From Trichosphaerium sp. ATCC 40318 (Eukaryota; Protista; Tubulinea), in assembly GCA_038496445.1 (NCBI GenBank), contig JALMLS010000577.1, positions 496,001-560,000 on the forward strand: DNA of 64,000 bases, given 5' to 3'. Below the pieces are notes generated by a model. It worked only from the letters and a program-made list of their open reading frames with translations, ran no database searches and had not been told where the DNA came from. Position numbers and translations under genes: made by a program. Every line of letters begins with the position of its first letter. Positions within the stretch are counted from its first letter, which is position 1. Shown here piece by piece: positions 1 to 12,719 of the stretch.

Positions 1-1268
1 TTTGGCTTTACGCATAAAAAATCTGAAGCGCAGCCTTTTCTTGACTGGACATTTTCAGGTATTGAACTATATTGGGAAAAGCACCTTGTAGAGGCTCACT
101 ATTAATAAGGAGGCAAATCTTTTATTGCTTGCAGAAGAGGAGGTTCGTTTTGCGATGATCTAGGTAATGTTGTTTTATCCTGTTTTTTTCTGGTATTGAC
201 TATTACAGTAGGATTATTTGACTTGAATGTTTACGAACCTGAAAATGACACATATCATGTACATTTTACTTATATTTGTTCTTAATAACAGCTTCTCATT
301 CCAACTTAGGACGTTATCACCACTACATCAGATATCCCTTCAATACAGCTGCATAATAAGTTTGCCCATTTTTCAAATTACACCAACCCAGAAAACGTGA
401 CTATTCTTGGATACATAACGCATGATAATGGCACATATGAGATACTAGTACAAGTACAGTATGGTGAGGGTTGTTAGTGGATCGTCATCATTATGTAAGG
501 CAAGTGTTAACTTTAATTGTAGGAAATGGGTTTTTTATTGTTGTCGGAGACACAAGTTTCCTTCGTGATGAATTCGTAGCCAATACAACAACCGCTTTTG
601 CGTTTACAGACACTATCTTTGAGAGACTTTCACCGAAAGTTCCTACACCCGGTCCCACAATAACTCCAACAATGAGCAACAGGTGTGGGGTCATTCTGAA
701 AGACGGAATAATATGCCAAAATGGTAACTCAAGTTTTTTGCATTGTGTATTTTTACACTATTCTAGAGACTCTGGTAATTAGCCAAGACGTTATTTTAGA
801 CAAAATTGCAGGAGGCTTAAAAATAATACTTGTACAAAATGTCACATCTGGCAAAGTTCCTGTACTGACATTACGAAGTACGTAAATGACAAGTTTGCAA
901 AAACTTTCCATTTTTTATCTAACGTTTTCGACCAAGGTTGTTCCATGGTTGATATAACCATAGAACTAAGTAAAAGTCTATCATTAGGAACAACAGAAAT
1001 CATGTACTTAATATTGGAGAAAGGAAAATGTTCACATGACCCTTCAGTCAAAGCTAAACAGCCAGGAAATGAACAAAAATGTAGCGAACTTCAACAAAAA
1101 CAATTAAAAGATGGTAGTGAGTTTTCCGTATTACTAACTCTTACAGACACTTGTGGCTCTACATCGTTTCCTGTGGGTACTACCGTAGCATTGTCATTAG
1201 TTGTATTGGTATTTGTGTTTGCTGCTGTTGGCGTAATTGTGTACTTTGTATTGTATTTGAAAAAATAA
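1..1268 (+). CDS. 3' part of a multi-exon single-pass membrane/surface protein (truncated by window start)
   Basis: Short GT-AG introns interrupt an open frame. A PT-rich linker (PKVPTPGPTITPT) is followed by Cys-containing segments and a last exon with a hydrophobic TM (VALSLVVLVFVFAAVGVIVYFVLY) and KK-stop at 1268. Confidence 0.6.
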
Positions 1269-1878
1269 ACCAGTAAACATGAGGTAGCCTTAATTGCTTC
1301 TTTGATAGTGTGATTGTCCATGCATTTTCTGTTAAAGACTATTATATTGTTCGTTTCTCACAAATTAAGCTGGGAGCTGTCACTCAAGTTGGGCGTTGAC
1401 TGTTGGCTCAAAAAAAGCACTTTTTTGGTGCTGTTTTTGCCAATAAACTTTTGTCGCCGGCTGGCTTAGTTAGCGTGAAACGCACAATACTATCTAGCTG
1501 GTTTCTTAAAATTTGCCCTTGTTGCTGCTTACTAAAAGCTTAAATGGTGAATACAACAGTATGTTAGCGCTAAAATTTCGTACCCAAGAAAAACGAAGAA
1601 AACAGTCATTGTGAGTTTACAAATTTCGCCTGAGTAACAAAAGTGATAGATAGCACATCAAGCACGTAGCGTGTATTTATTTATTCCTAAACAACAATAA
1701 TCAGGTACGTACGTAGCGCCTGGTTCTTTTGTACTGTTAATATTCCTAACAATGTCGTATTAGTACTGGCATTTGGTAATAAACGCCTGTAGCGACATTT
1801 AGTTAATTAAAAGTCGTATACTTAAGTAGGTACGCTGTATTTGACATGCGCTGAGGTTCATTTTTTCGTTAGCAATAG

Positions 1879-3504
1879 ATGTCTTCTGCGTTGACTTTAC
1901 TTGATCTACCACGTGAAATTCAACAATATATCTGTACATTCAACTTAGAAGTATTCACAAAATTCCATACATTATCAAAGAAAGCAGCAATCAACACACA
2001 TTTTGATAAATCATTACAGCGCAAAGGAAAATGGATCAAATGGTTTAAAAGCGGAAGAGTGATGGCTCATGAGTATGTTAAAAATGGACAATGCAACAGA
2101 TGGCATCAAAATGGACAACTTTGTCTTCAATACACATTAGTTGATGGGAAAAGTAATGGCATCAGTAAAATGTGGTATGAAAACGGACAACTTCAGGGAC
2201 AAGCCATGTTTGTTGATGACAAGCAACATGGTGAAGTCAAAGTGTGGCACGAAAACGGGAACCTTAAGGCACAATCTGTATGGGTTGATGGTAAACAAAG
2301 TGGTGAAACCACAGAGTGGTATGAAAACGGGAACCTGAAGAGGAGCGTAATGTTTGTTGATGGCAAACTAAGTGGACCTGAACAAGAGTGGTATGAAAAC
2401 GGACAACTTAAGGTACAAGGCATGTGGGTTGATGACAAGCGGAATGGTGAAATAAAAACATGGTATGAAGGCGGACAACTTCAGGTACAAGCCATGTGGG
2501 TTGGTAACAAGCAATATGGTGAAGTTAAAGCATGGCATGAAAATAGACAACTTCGACTGCAAACAATGATTGTTGATGATAAACAACATGGTGAGCGCAA
2601 AGAGTGGTATGAAAATGGACAACTTAAGGTACAAGCCATGTTTGCTGATGATAAGCGAAATGGTGAAGTCAAAACATGGTATGAAAATGGACAAATTCAG
2701 GTACAAGCCATGTATACTGATGGTAAGACAAACGGTGAATCCAAAGAGTGGTATGAAAATGGGAACCTAAAGGCACAATCTGTGTGGGTTGATGGGAACC
2801 AAAATGGTGAAACTAAAGAGTGGTACATTAACGGACAACTCAAAGCGCAAGCCACATTGGTTGATGGCAAGCAACATGGTGAAGTTAACACATGGCATGA
2901 AAATGGGACACATAAGGAACAGTCTGTATGGGTTGATGGTAAACAAAGCGGACTAGATCAAGAGTGGAATGAAAATGGACAACTTCAGCTACAAGCCATG
3001 TTTGTTGATGGTAAGACAAATGGTGCAGCTAAAGAGTGGTACAATAATGGTCAACTCAAGGCACAAGTAATAGTAGTTGATGACAAGCGAAATGGTGAAA
3101 CCAAAGAGTGGTATGAAAATGGACAACTTAAGGAGCAATCTCTATGGGTTGATGACAAGCAAAATGGAGAAGCCAAAGAGTGGTATGACAACGGACAACT
3201 TAAAACACAAAGTATGTGGATAGCTGGGAAACAAACTGGTGAAATGAAACAGTGGACTAAGGATGGAGAGCTGATAGAAGAACAAGGAAACAAAATCAAC
3301 ACATGGCTTAGTAGAAGAAAAAAGAAGCAAAACCACTTTGGTGTTGCTGCCAGAAACAACAAAAGAAGCAGCTTAATGATACGTTCATTAAGCACCTTGT
3401 TGTTTCCTTTTCACATGTTACGTATCACAGTATATGCTTGGTTTAGGTACTTTACAACCACATGGTACTCAACAATATCATACTATTGGTCAACCAAAAA
3501 ATGA
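1879..3504 (+). CDS. F-box-like + MORN-variant (YwqK-type) repeat protein, 16 full 24-aa repeats
   Basis: N-terminal LTLLDLPREIQQYIC is F-box-like. Repeats follow WYENGQLKxQxxWVDGKxxGExKE. Basic/aromatic C-tail. CDS has no introns; a likely 5'UTR intron ends at ttttttcgttag just upstream. Confidence 0.85.
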   Translation: MSSALTLLDLPREIQQYICTFNLEVFTKFHTLSKKAAINTHFDKSLQRKGKWIKWFKSGRVMAHEYVKNGQCNRWHQNGQLCLQYTLVDGKSNGISKMWYENGQLQGQAMFVDDKQHGEVKVWHENGNLKAQSVWVDGKQSGETTEWYENGNLKRSVMFVDGKLSGPEQEWYENGQLKVQGMWVDDKRNGEIKTWYEGGQLQVQAMWVGNKQYGEVKAWHENRQLRLQTMIVDDKQHGERKEWYENGQLKVQAMFADDKRNGEVKTWYENGQIQVQAMYTDGKTNGESKEWYENGNLKAQSVWVDGNQNGETKEWYINGQLKAQATLVDGKQHGEVNTWHENGTHKEQSVWVDGKQSGLDQEWNENGQLQLQAMFVDGKTNGAAKEWYNNGQLKAQVIVVDDKRNGETKEWYENGQLKEQSLWVDDKQNGEAKEWYDNGQLKTQSMWIAGKQTGEMKQWTKDGELIEEQGNKINTWLSRRKKKQNHFGVAARNNKRSSLMIRSLSTLLFPFHMLRITVYAWFRYFTTTWYSTISYYWSTKK

Positions 3505-4995
3505 CAAACATTTACCACAAGTGTGTACATCCAAATTGGAAGATTATGAATAGTTTTGAAGTAAAAATAAATAAAATGGTTTTTTGAAGATAATAGATTG
3601 CCAAAAGGCGCATTTTCCCAGTACCTTTTGATGCCAAGCTATCTCATACTCATTTACCAACGTTTGACGAAAATGCGGCTCTATTATTTTTATATTTGGG
3701 AGGTTCAGGTACGAATCTTTTTTTTGTCTAAATTTTTTTTTTTTGAGCCTGTGATTCTAAACTGACTACATAGCTACCATACGCTTCGGATTGCGAAGCC
3801 GAAGATATAGAAAAAACCGGTGTTCAACAACTGCGCGCCAAATCCATAGTGTTGGTTGGAAAGAGCTTAAATAGAGTTTGCAAACATACAACTACACGTG
3901 TTTGTGTAATAAATTAACGATTTCTTATGCTCGATCTTGAGGGCGGACTAAAATTTTTATTGTTTCTTGATAGTACTTGTATAAGTACAACATCAAGCTG
4001 TGCTAGAGCTACTAGACATTGAAGTATTCCTCCCAATACCGTGTATGTTGAGATGAATGAGTAGGCGTTAGGGAATAAGAGGATCTAACAGGCTTGTGCA
4101 AATTTGTTTAGAAAACGAAAAGTTGTTTCAACGTAGGTATAGCAGCGCTTGTTGTTGCACACCTATTACCTTGCGTATGCCTTAGATGATGATATAACAT
4201 ACATAGGGCTAAGCCCTCTCACAGGTGTCCACACCAAACGGATTGTACAATCTTATTTCAACCCCTACAAAACTACCTAGCAAATTTGTTTCTTCAACTC
4301 AGCTGTTTAGACCCATATTTGTAACATCTACAGCATCAAAGAGCTGAAAGACGCCCAGAGATCTGAAACACAAACGTTGCTTTATAAGCATTATCATTCA
4401 GTGACACAAAATAATGGGTTTTGTGAACACTACTCGACTGAACGGTTTTGCCCACGTAGTTCCCGTAGTCCAATAAAGCCATTAACCCAGTTTTACTTAG
4501 TTATAGCTACAATGGTTGGTTGCTGATCATTTAAAGCCTCAATGTACTATTTTATACGCGTGGTGATGGTTTATGACATAACAAAACTATACTTAAAGCG
4601 TCTAAGCTTTTTTGTCCAAAAAGGTTGTAAACACGTACGTGAAGCCCAAAAACGGTAGGAGCCCTTTAAATAATATCGTAGGTTATAAATCAGCCTCCTT
4701 TTCATATTTCGTAAAGCGATAGAACTATTTAGGCGTTTTTGGAGTTTAACCAATTGTTTTACGTTCTAGCGCTGCAAATTGACCTTGACATAGCGTTTGT
4801 TGTGTATAAAAACAGTTTTCAGCGTAATTAAGCTTAACCACAAGAATTCAACGAAATCGTAGACAACTTAAAAATAGAATTGTGTTTTTATCAATTTTAT
4901 TTTGTTTTTCATCTTGACTTCACCTAAAGTTCGTCATCAACATTTATTTGCGTTGAACCATAATTTAATAAACTCAACATCAACAAACACATATC

Positions 4996-5745
4996 ATGGA
5001 TAATTTCAAAGTTGTCGTACTAGGAGAAGGCGGTGTAGGCAAATCATCACTTACGGTTCAGGTAAGAAAAAACGACCAAGTTGTTTTTCAAAACAACAAT
5101 CTTTCAAGGTTTTTGACGTGCTCACAATATTTAGTTTGTACAGGGATTCTTCGTAACTACCTATGACCCTACAATCGAGGATACATACAGAAAATTATTG
5201 GAAGTATCTGGCAAGCACTACATGCTTGGTACGATTGAGATTTGAAGTTTAGTTCCTTTTTACTTATGGTTTTTTTCAGAAATCTTAGATACAGCTGGTA
5301 CAGAGCAGTTTAAGGCTATGAGGGATTTGTATATGAAAAACGGCAATGGATTTGTCTTGGTTTACTCTACCGTAGCACAATCAACTTTTGTAGCCATGCC
5401 ATCCCTTCATGAGAGCATACTCCGTGTAAAAGACAAAGATAATGTAAGTGGCAACACTTTAGATTTTTCTTCATACTGAGTCATCTTTTAACGCCTTCCT
5501 AGGTTCCTTTAGTTCTAGTTGGAAACAAATGTGATCTCGCAGACTCAAGAGTAATCACTTATGAGCAAGGAGAAACACTTGCAACAAAGTTTGGAGCAAC
5601 TTTCTTTGAAGCTTCAGCAAGAACAAAAGTAAATGTACATGAGATATTCGTATCACTCACAAGACAAATGGAAGCCACATATGTAAAAAAATCGGTACCT
5701 CATACCAAAAAGTCTAAGAAAAGAGGTAGATGCTTCATCTTATAA
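4996..5745 (+). CDS. Rap1/Ras-family small GTPase (4 exons)
   Basis: Spliced product contains [26 protein letters not shown] (Rap-type Thr), NKCD, EASA and the CaaX end CFIL. Confidence 0.95.
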
Positions 5746-6330
5746 ACGAAAAACAGAAAAAAGAAAAACAATGTACAATACTGTAAATAAACGCAATTCT
5801 ATCACCTTTTGTCACATTATTTTACCACGTGTTGGCACAATCATCAAGAATATTATCAGCAAACAAAGTGAGCGAACATATAAAGTCTTGGAGAAAGTGG
5901 AGTTCGTTGAAAGCCATAATATTCATAATGGTACAAAAGTTGTATTCCTTTTTTTGTTGACATATTCTCTTGGCTTAGTTTGTAGTTTTCTTATACGATT
6001 CCAAACAGCATTGCAATGTGTAGTCATATGATTTAACACTTCATATATAAACAACAGTATTTATTAACTTGATAAGCTTTGGGACATTTAAACGAGAATA
6101 AACGAAACAAGAAGTACAAGATTTTTCGTGTTTTTTTTGTATAATTTCTCTCTAATCAAACTACTCAAAAAATTCGTTTTATCTCTCGACAATACGCCAC
6201 ATTTAGTGCCTTTGGATCCTTCTACATATTCTTTTACTTTTCCATCTATTTAATTGCTTCAAGTTCCGTTACGAGTGTAACAAAACTTTGAGCGAAAAAA
6301 AAAAAAAAAAGTAGAAGGACATCCTAGACT

Positions 6331-9300
6331 CTAGTAGCTTCTAAGCGCTTTCTTTTGCGACGCATTGTCTGAAATACAAAAAAGTCAATAATACTACAAC
6401 TAATCCAACTATACTAACTATCAATTCAACCAACCCAAGAGTATCAGCTACAACATACTTAGATTTTCAACACTTTCGCAAAAAAGAATTTCTTCGAAGA
6501 CTAAAAAGACCTGAAGACAACGTACTGTAGTCCTTGTTTAATGATGTTGTAGCGTCCAATTCAGGTTTTGTTGGTGCACTTGGGGCATCAGTAACATCAA
6601 TGAATGTTGTTGGTGCTTGAGTGGGACTTGCAGTAGGAGCTACTGTAGGCGGTGTAGGAGGAGCGTCAATTGCATCAAGTGATAAAAATGTACAACCACC
6701 CTTTTTGCATGCTTCGATGAGATCATCTTTTATATGATCAAAATCTGAATTGCCCATGCAAGTATTTGGTACACAAATATATGAAGAAACTTGTGAATCT
6801 ATAAATATAATGTAAGTTAAATAAAGCTAAAAAGAGTAAAGCGAAAAAAAAACTGAAAAAAAAGAAAATAAAATCAACTCGGGCATCCCATTCCTCCCTT
6901 TTCCTGTTCGTACCTCCGTAAGTTCTATTGTACTTAAAAAGGTTTCCTTCATGCTCCATACAAAATTCAGTATAGGTTAGCGTCTCTGGACTAGTAGTAA
7001 TACAGTTAACGTTGTTTTTTCTGCATTCTTCAACATAGTCATTGTAGGCACTTAGTATGTCTTTGAATGTCTCTTGAGCATCTTTGACTATGTTGTAACA
7101 GTCAATACCGTGGTTTGGATGGCTGTTATACGTACTCAATGAACAATCTTCAGTGAATTTGGGTGTTGGTTTGTTAGGAGTTACACATTGTGAAACGTCC
7201 GCTTTTGAAAAAAAATTAATAATTCTTATTATATTCTTGTGGTAGGTATTAACTCGTCGATTGACGTACTGTAGTTTGTATTTGGTATGCAGTGAGAAAC
7301 ACTATGATCAGCCAAACAATAACACTTATTATCAACGCAACAGTTTGTTTCACAGTACGAAGAACATTCCTCTACACGAAAACAAAATAAATTCAAACAC
7401 TACTGCTTCTTTTTTTTTTAATTCAAACTAACGTACCAACTTTATCCTTACAGTTGTAGTTATAGTATCCTTCATGGCAAAGGCACTCACCAGCAAAACA
7501 TACTCCATTTTTACAAGCCACATCACACGCTACAACGAAGAAGAAGTTAATAAAACCAAACAAGTGGCAACTTAGGCGGTTTTTAACACTTACAATCTTC
7601 CTCTGAAAACGAATAGCCAACAGCTGCGACTCCATTTACAATACCCCATCCAAAATCTGTATTTGGACTTTCAGCATGACTAGCTGTTCTCATGAGCGCT
7701 TCACGAATCTAACAAATTACATTATTTTGACATAATCAACAATCAAACTGTTGTACTTGATAAGGCGTCCAATCTGGATGTGCTTGTATTATTAGCGCTA
7801 CGACTCCTGCAGCAAGTGGCCCAGCGAAAGATGTACCAGAACCTGTTCCATAGCCGCCTAATGACGATTTAGGGTTTCCTATGTTATACATTAAATGCAT
7901 ACCATCGTATTTAGCTATCGTCGGATTAGTTCCTTGTGCGCATACTTCAGGCTTTATTCTTCCTTTTTGTTGAGTAAGTGACATAATAGAACTCATTGTA
8001 CTAATGTACCATCTGCTGTAGGACCACGTGAAGAAAAATATGATATTCCTTTAGTCGGTGTAACTGAACCAACAGAAATAATATTAAAAGCATCGGTTGG
8101 AGCAGTGATGGACTAAAACAAAAGTAAAAAAACAATAAGTAGCAAAATCTTTCAAAGTTACGCACATCAAACCCAGAGTTACCAGCTGAAGTTACTACGG
8201 GCATTCCTTTTGAAACTGCTATATCAGATGCTCTGGATATGTGAGGTTGCTTTCCATCATATGAACCCCAATCATACCTTTAAAGCAAGTTAGATAATTG
8301 AGTATAAACAATTCTTTAAGAATTAATGAATACTGTACCATTCGGAATAACCTAAAGACGAATGAGCCATATCAGCTCCTTTACTTTCACCCCATTCCAA
8401 TCCGCGTGCAAAGTAGTCTTCTTCGATAACATCTTCGTCTAAACGGAATCGATAGTAAGTTTTCGGCATTTCTTTCCGAAATTTTTGTACGTACTATCAC
8501 TATCTTCTGTTTTTGCTAAAAGAAACTTGGACTCATAGGCAGGACCATATAATTTACCGTCTTTTCTGGCACCTATTAAACCAAGTACCTATTTATATAA
8601 TGAGAAAAATATCGACATTTCATTTCTCATTTTGACACGTGTCAAAAATATAAAATATATTTTTTAACTTACTGCTGTACCATGATGAGTATTTACTTGA
8701 ATATTCTTTGTATCTGCAACAAAATTATATGTATCAACGATCTATAAGTAAACTTAATATATAGCGCGTACACAATCACAAATAAAAAATAAACAAAAGT
8801 GAAACTTTTTTTTCTTCATTTAAAATCATACATCATCGCCTTTAGGTAGTGCTTCATGCATTATATTAAATCCAGCATCCATGACAAGTATAAGAACACC
8901 CTTACCTTGTAACACATTACCAGTTTACTCCAAAAATTATAACTTACCAGTTAGGTGACGTTTATGAAGGTCAATTACACCTATCATGTCAAGTTGTCCT
9001 CTAGACTGACCATAGTTGAGCGGATCATCCTCTTTGCGCTCAGTATTCACTATTGATAGGATTAATAAGCACCGGAGGGTAATAGGAGACGAAATTAAGT
9101 GTTGGCAAGAAGATAACGTACGAATATCTCGCTTTGAACTTTCTGTGGAGCTATTGTGTACCTTCACGCGTAAAAAGCGGCGTACTAGCTCTAGACGCTC
9201 GATAAAAGGCAATTGGGCGAGTTTTACAATATTCTCTTTAGTGACAGTTACGGAAGCAGAGTTTAGCCACTTCGATGTTGTACGAATCTGCAAAGGCAAG

Positions 9301-9701
9301 GCTGACAGCATCTAGCGCCAAACGTCACATTTCTTCGTTGCGCAAATAACGTACATTTATCCACTCCTTTGGTATAGGAACATCGTGGTAATCTACACCG
9401 CTCTTTACGGCTTTGTTTGAGCGTCTCGCTAGCGTTTCAGCTGATATTCCGTCTACACGCATCAATACTTTGAAATATGGTACTTCGTACATTGTACAGC
9501 TTCTTTTACTGTTATTTGGCTGTTTTCAAAGTTGATAGGCGTCAGAAGTTTTTGTTTAAACATAACCCACACAGCAAACGTTTCATTATCACTGGCGTCA
9601 TTTAGAGCGTCTTTTAGTTTATTATCGTATAAAGCGCCATCACATAACACAGCAGCAAGTAGCATGCATAAAAAGCACGCTAAGGCGATGCCTTGCGCCA
9701 T
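6331..9701 (-). CDS. Secreted/membrane subtilisin-family (S8) serine protease with EGF-like repeats, PT stalk and C-terminal TM (multi-exon)
   Basis: Signal peptide MAQGIALACFLC; catalytic motifs VMDAGF, HHGTA, SAGNSG and GTSFAGP; EGF segment CKNGVCFAGECLCHEGYYNYNC; final exon LVELIVSIVGLVVVLLTFC. Confidence 0.9.
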
Positions 9702-9767
9702 TTTGGAGTACCAAATAATGATGTTTACGGTAACGACAACAACTTAAATCAGTTTTCACATAACAAT

Positions 9768-10753
9768 TTAGTTCCGTTTTGTGCTCTTCACTGTTATGTT
9801 GTTTGCCTTCATGTACTCGCCAACCCCAGGAGGAAGCAAATGAGAGCATGGCTTACCTTCAATAAGCAATTGTCTAAAAAGTACAGTCACGTGATGGAAT
9901 CGGTTTAAAGAAGTGATGGACTTACCGTATTAATGTCGAACTTATATCTGCTGTTTCATCTTCAACGACATGGAAATTAGGTGGCAATTCATCTTTGTAA
10001 TCCAGACTACTTCCAGGGCGAGAGACAGCAACTATGCCGTCACAAAATTTACCATAGGTACCCAAATGCAATCCACACTGATGTCGGTTAGCCAATGTAG
10101 ACGTGCACTCTGCAATACCTTTTTAACATGATCAGTTCCACAAAGATAAAAAAATTGCAACTTCTGAACCATTTTAGAGCCAAACTCGGCTCGCACTGCA
10201 GCTACTAGATGCTGCACGTGATGAAGTACGACTATGTCAAAGTCTTTGAAAATTCCCTGGGCTGCTTCCCAACCTGTACGAACAGTAAACTACAGTACAA
10301 ATTTTGTAATCTTGCCTGATTCAGATAGGTAATTGCTCGAAGCTGTTGTTATTCTGACCATTTCTACGCGGTGCGTACCCTTGAGGTATTGTCAAGACGC
10401 TTGTGGAGTGTGTCTTACCTTTATGGCGGAGTATCCTTTTGAATTTAGTTTGGGTTTAACGTATGCATCAGCTGTGGGCGAAATATACCCAGCAACAACA
10501 CGCAAAGGTAGTTTCTGGTGAGTAAAGTTAACTGTTACAGCTATTTTCATATTATGTACTTGTTCGAGAGTTTGCTTGGTCTTTTCAAAGACATCAATGT
10601 GTGCTAAATACAATGAGATGCAAAACAACTGCAAAACACTGTACCGTTATGAATTGGACAATACGCGCCCGTACTTATCAGTATACCATACTTGAGAGCG
10701 TCACTAACATCCACATTTCTCAATGAAGCGAACAGTTTTGCTGTAGGAATCAT
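9768..10753 (-). CDS. Nicotinamide/nicotinate mononucleotide adenylyltransferase-like (HxGH cytidylyltransferase superfamily), multi-exon
   Basis: Motifs GAYCPIHN.H, AGYISPTADAYVKPKL, HRVEMV, YLCGTDH, DISSTLIR and HLLPPGVGEYM. Confidence 0.85.
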
Positions 10754-10848
10754 TCTTGTGGTTGTTGAAAAAAATGACTTACGACGGTCTCACCAGGTCT
10801 GGTATCTTTTGTGAGACCTCTCAGCCGTGGCATCGAGATAGCGCCGAC

Positions 10849-11272
10849 ATGCTAGGTAATCTCGTTGCTGATTACTCGTCAGACGAAGACGAACCAATGA
10901 CGAGAGGCACCAAAAGACCGTTAAATGAACAAAACGTACCAAAACAGAACTCTAAGAGACAAAAAACAAACAAGCGGTCATTACCTAAGCCTTCCTCTTT
11001 TTTCGGCGACAAAACAACTCCACGCGCTTCATCTAATGCAAATACAAAGAAAAAAACTGCTCAGGCTCAAATTAAACGTTTTGTACCTCCACAAGTGCGG
11101 TACGTACTCCTATGCTATCCTATACGCACTAGTAACATAGTCACCGTATTTACTACGTGAATGAAAAATGCTAAACCGAAATAGCCGTGGTCGACCTAAC
11201 GTTGTAACAGAAGACCACGAGGCGTGGAACCTAGCCAAGAAACACAAGAAACCGGCCAGTAAAAAGACCTAG
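10849..11272 (+). CDS. Small basic, low-complexity protein of unknown function (2 exons)
   Basis: Starts MLGNLVADYSSDEDE; splicing gives FVPPQVRRGRPNVVTED before the stop. Confidence 0.65.
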
Positions 11273-11444
11273 AGAAAGTATAACACGTTTAACTGAAATG
11301 TACACTATAAATTGCTTAAAACCGCGTCAATATCGTGTTGACTACTTCTAAATGAATTTGCGAACATCTAGTAATCCAGGGGCGCGTTCTGAACGTGTAC
11401 GGAAGAGAAAACGAATTGCCACAAAATTCTTTACAAGTTTAGTG

Positions 11445-12400
11445 TTACAGTGAGCTATATTCAATTTTGAAGGTGCCAGTGCTCTGAAAAGAAAGAATAA
11501 CTTTTGTATTTGGTCGAATATCAAAAGGAGTAGGTGCTTGAAATGGGTTTGGGCACGTGATAGGTGATCCAGGCCCACAGTTTGGTCCAAACCCGCCGGA
11601 AAGAATATAACCCTGGCTTGTCAGAATATTAATAACAGCTTTGTTGTTGACGCCCATTCGAAGCTTCACAGCGGCTAGAGGCGGTTTACTGCTTCTAAAC
11701 ACTCCATAATATCCGTTGGCAAGGTATTCAGTGTTACCAAACGTCCATCCAGGGTACGTTGGAGGCTCTAAAAGTAGTTATTTTCAATTTAAGCATTGTT
11801 TTTCAAAGACTTCATTGACAAGACCTTCAAATCCAAAGTTTGTGTTGCACAAAACTTGGTCTATCTTACTGCTAACCAGTACTACCGAAATAAACGTACC
11901 AGTGCTGGGATTCAATAGAATAGCATTTTGCTTCTTTGTAAGATCCCTATAAAATACTTTCAGCCTAGTCTAGACTATGAAAAAACGTTTAATAATCACG
12001 TGCCACGAAGTGTTATTCTTTGCTTTCTCTAATGAATAGACGATATCCCAAGATTCGGCAGTTTCGCCAATACCAACAAAGTAATCATCTTCTCCAAGCG
12101 TTTCGAACTCCATTTCGCCTCCAGCTGGTATGTTTACAGTCCTTTATTAATAAAATGAGAGGTAGACAATTTAATTGTATTTAAACCGTTACCATAAGAA
12201 CACTGGCGGTATATCATAAGATGATAGCACTTCGTACGCCTTTATAAATATACCAAACTGAAAGTCAGCAGAATCAACTGTGTTAACTACCTGGACGATG
12301 TTAGGAGAAAGCAGTTGTATTGATTCAGCGCTACCTTAATAATAGTTGATTGTACTGTTGCGTATAAGATAAAGTACAGCACTAACGCAATTGCCCGCAT
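11445..12400 (-). CDS. Secreted protein of unknown function (multi-exon)
   Basis: Signal peptide MRAIALVLYFILYATVQS; exons join across GT-AG introns to the C-terminal ORF 11445-11702. Confidence 0.6.
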
Positions 12401-12646
12401 TTGCACGTGCCTTACACACGAATGCGAGAGAAATATTGACTGATTTGCCCAAAGAAATGTTGAACTAAAAAGGCGTTCCAAAGTGGATAATGTTACATTA
12501 TTAACTCGTTATAAGTGACTGGCAACTAGCTGTAGGTATTCCAATGTTGCACTTCTTTCAGCGTTATTTGACTTCAAGGATTCTTCTTTTCTATGAGCCA
12601 AATGCAGTTTCTTATCCACTACCCTTGCTCAGCTCTATAAAACATA

Positions 12647-12719
12647 CGAACCCTATGAGACTCGAACTCATGACCTTCAGGGCTTAAGACTGACGCTCTA
12701 CCAACTGAGCTAAGGGAAC
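12647..12719 (-). tRNA. Atypical tRNA gene with anticodon UAA (nominally Leu) on a short-variable-arm body; possibly a pseudogene
   Basis: Minus strand reads GTTCCCT TA GCTC AGTTGGTA GAGC G TCAGT CTTAAGC CCTGA AGGTC ATGAG TTCGAGT CTCAT AGGGTTC G. D and T arms and A/B boxes are perfect, and TTTT follows 4 nt downstream. Confidence 0.85.

Noticed and set aside
2100-3260. CRISPR-like array suggested by recurring TGGTATGAAAATGGACAACTT at a 72-nt period
   Set aside because: The period is a multiple of 3 within an intact ORF, the spacers are homologous to each other, there are no cas genes, and the context is eukaryotic.
1879-3504. Bacterial YwqK antitoxin of a toxin-antitoxin module, or bacterial contamination
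   Set aside because: No adjacent toxin gene. The flanks are intron-containing eukaryotic genes, and an upstream splice acceptor and F-box-like N-terminus are present.
4020-4530. Possible decayed gene (frame containing YALDDDITY with scattered stops)
   Set aside because: No convincing domain or splice structure could be built.
12647-12719. Genome-wide reassignment of the UUA codon implied by the odd tRNA
   Set aside because: TTA encodes invariant leucines here (Rap EILDTAG = ATC TTA GAT; cyclophilin WLDNKH = TGG TTA GAC), so UUA is still Leu.
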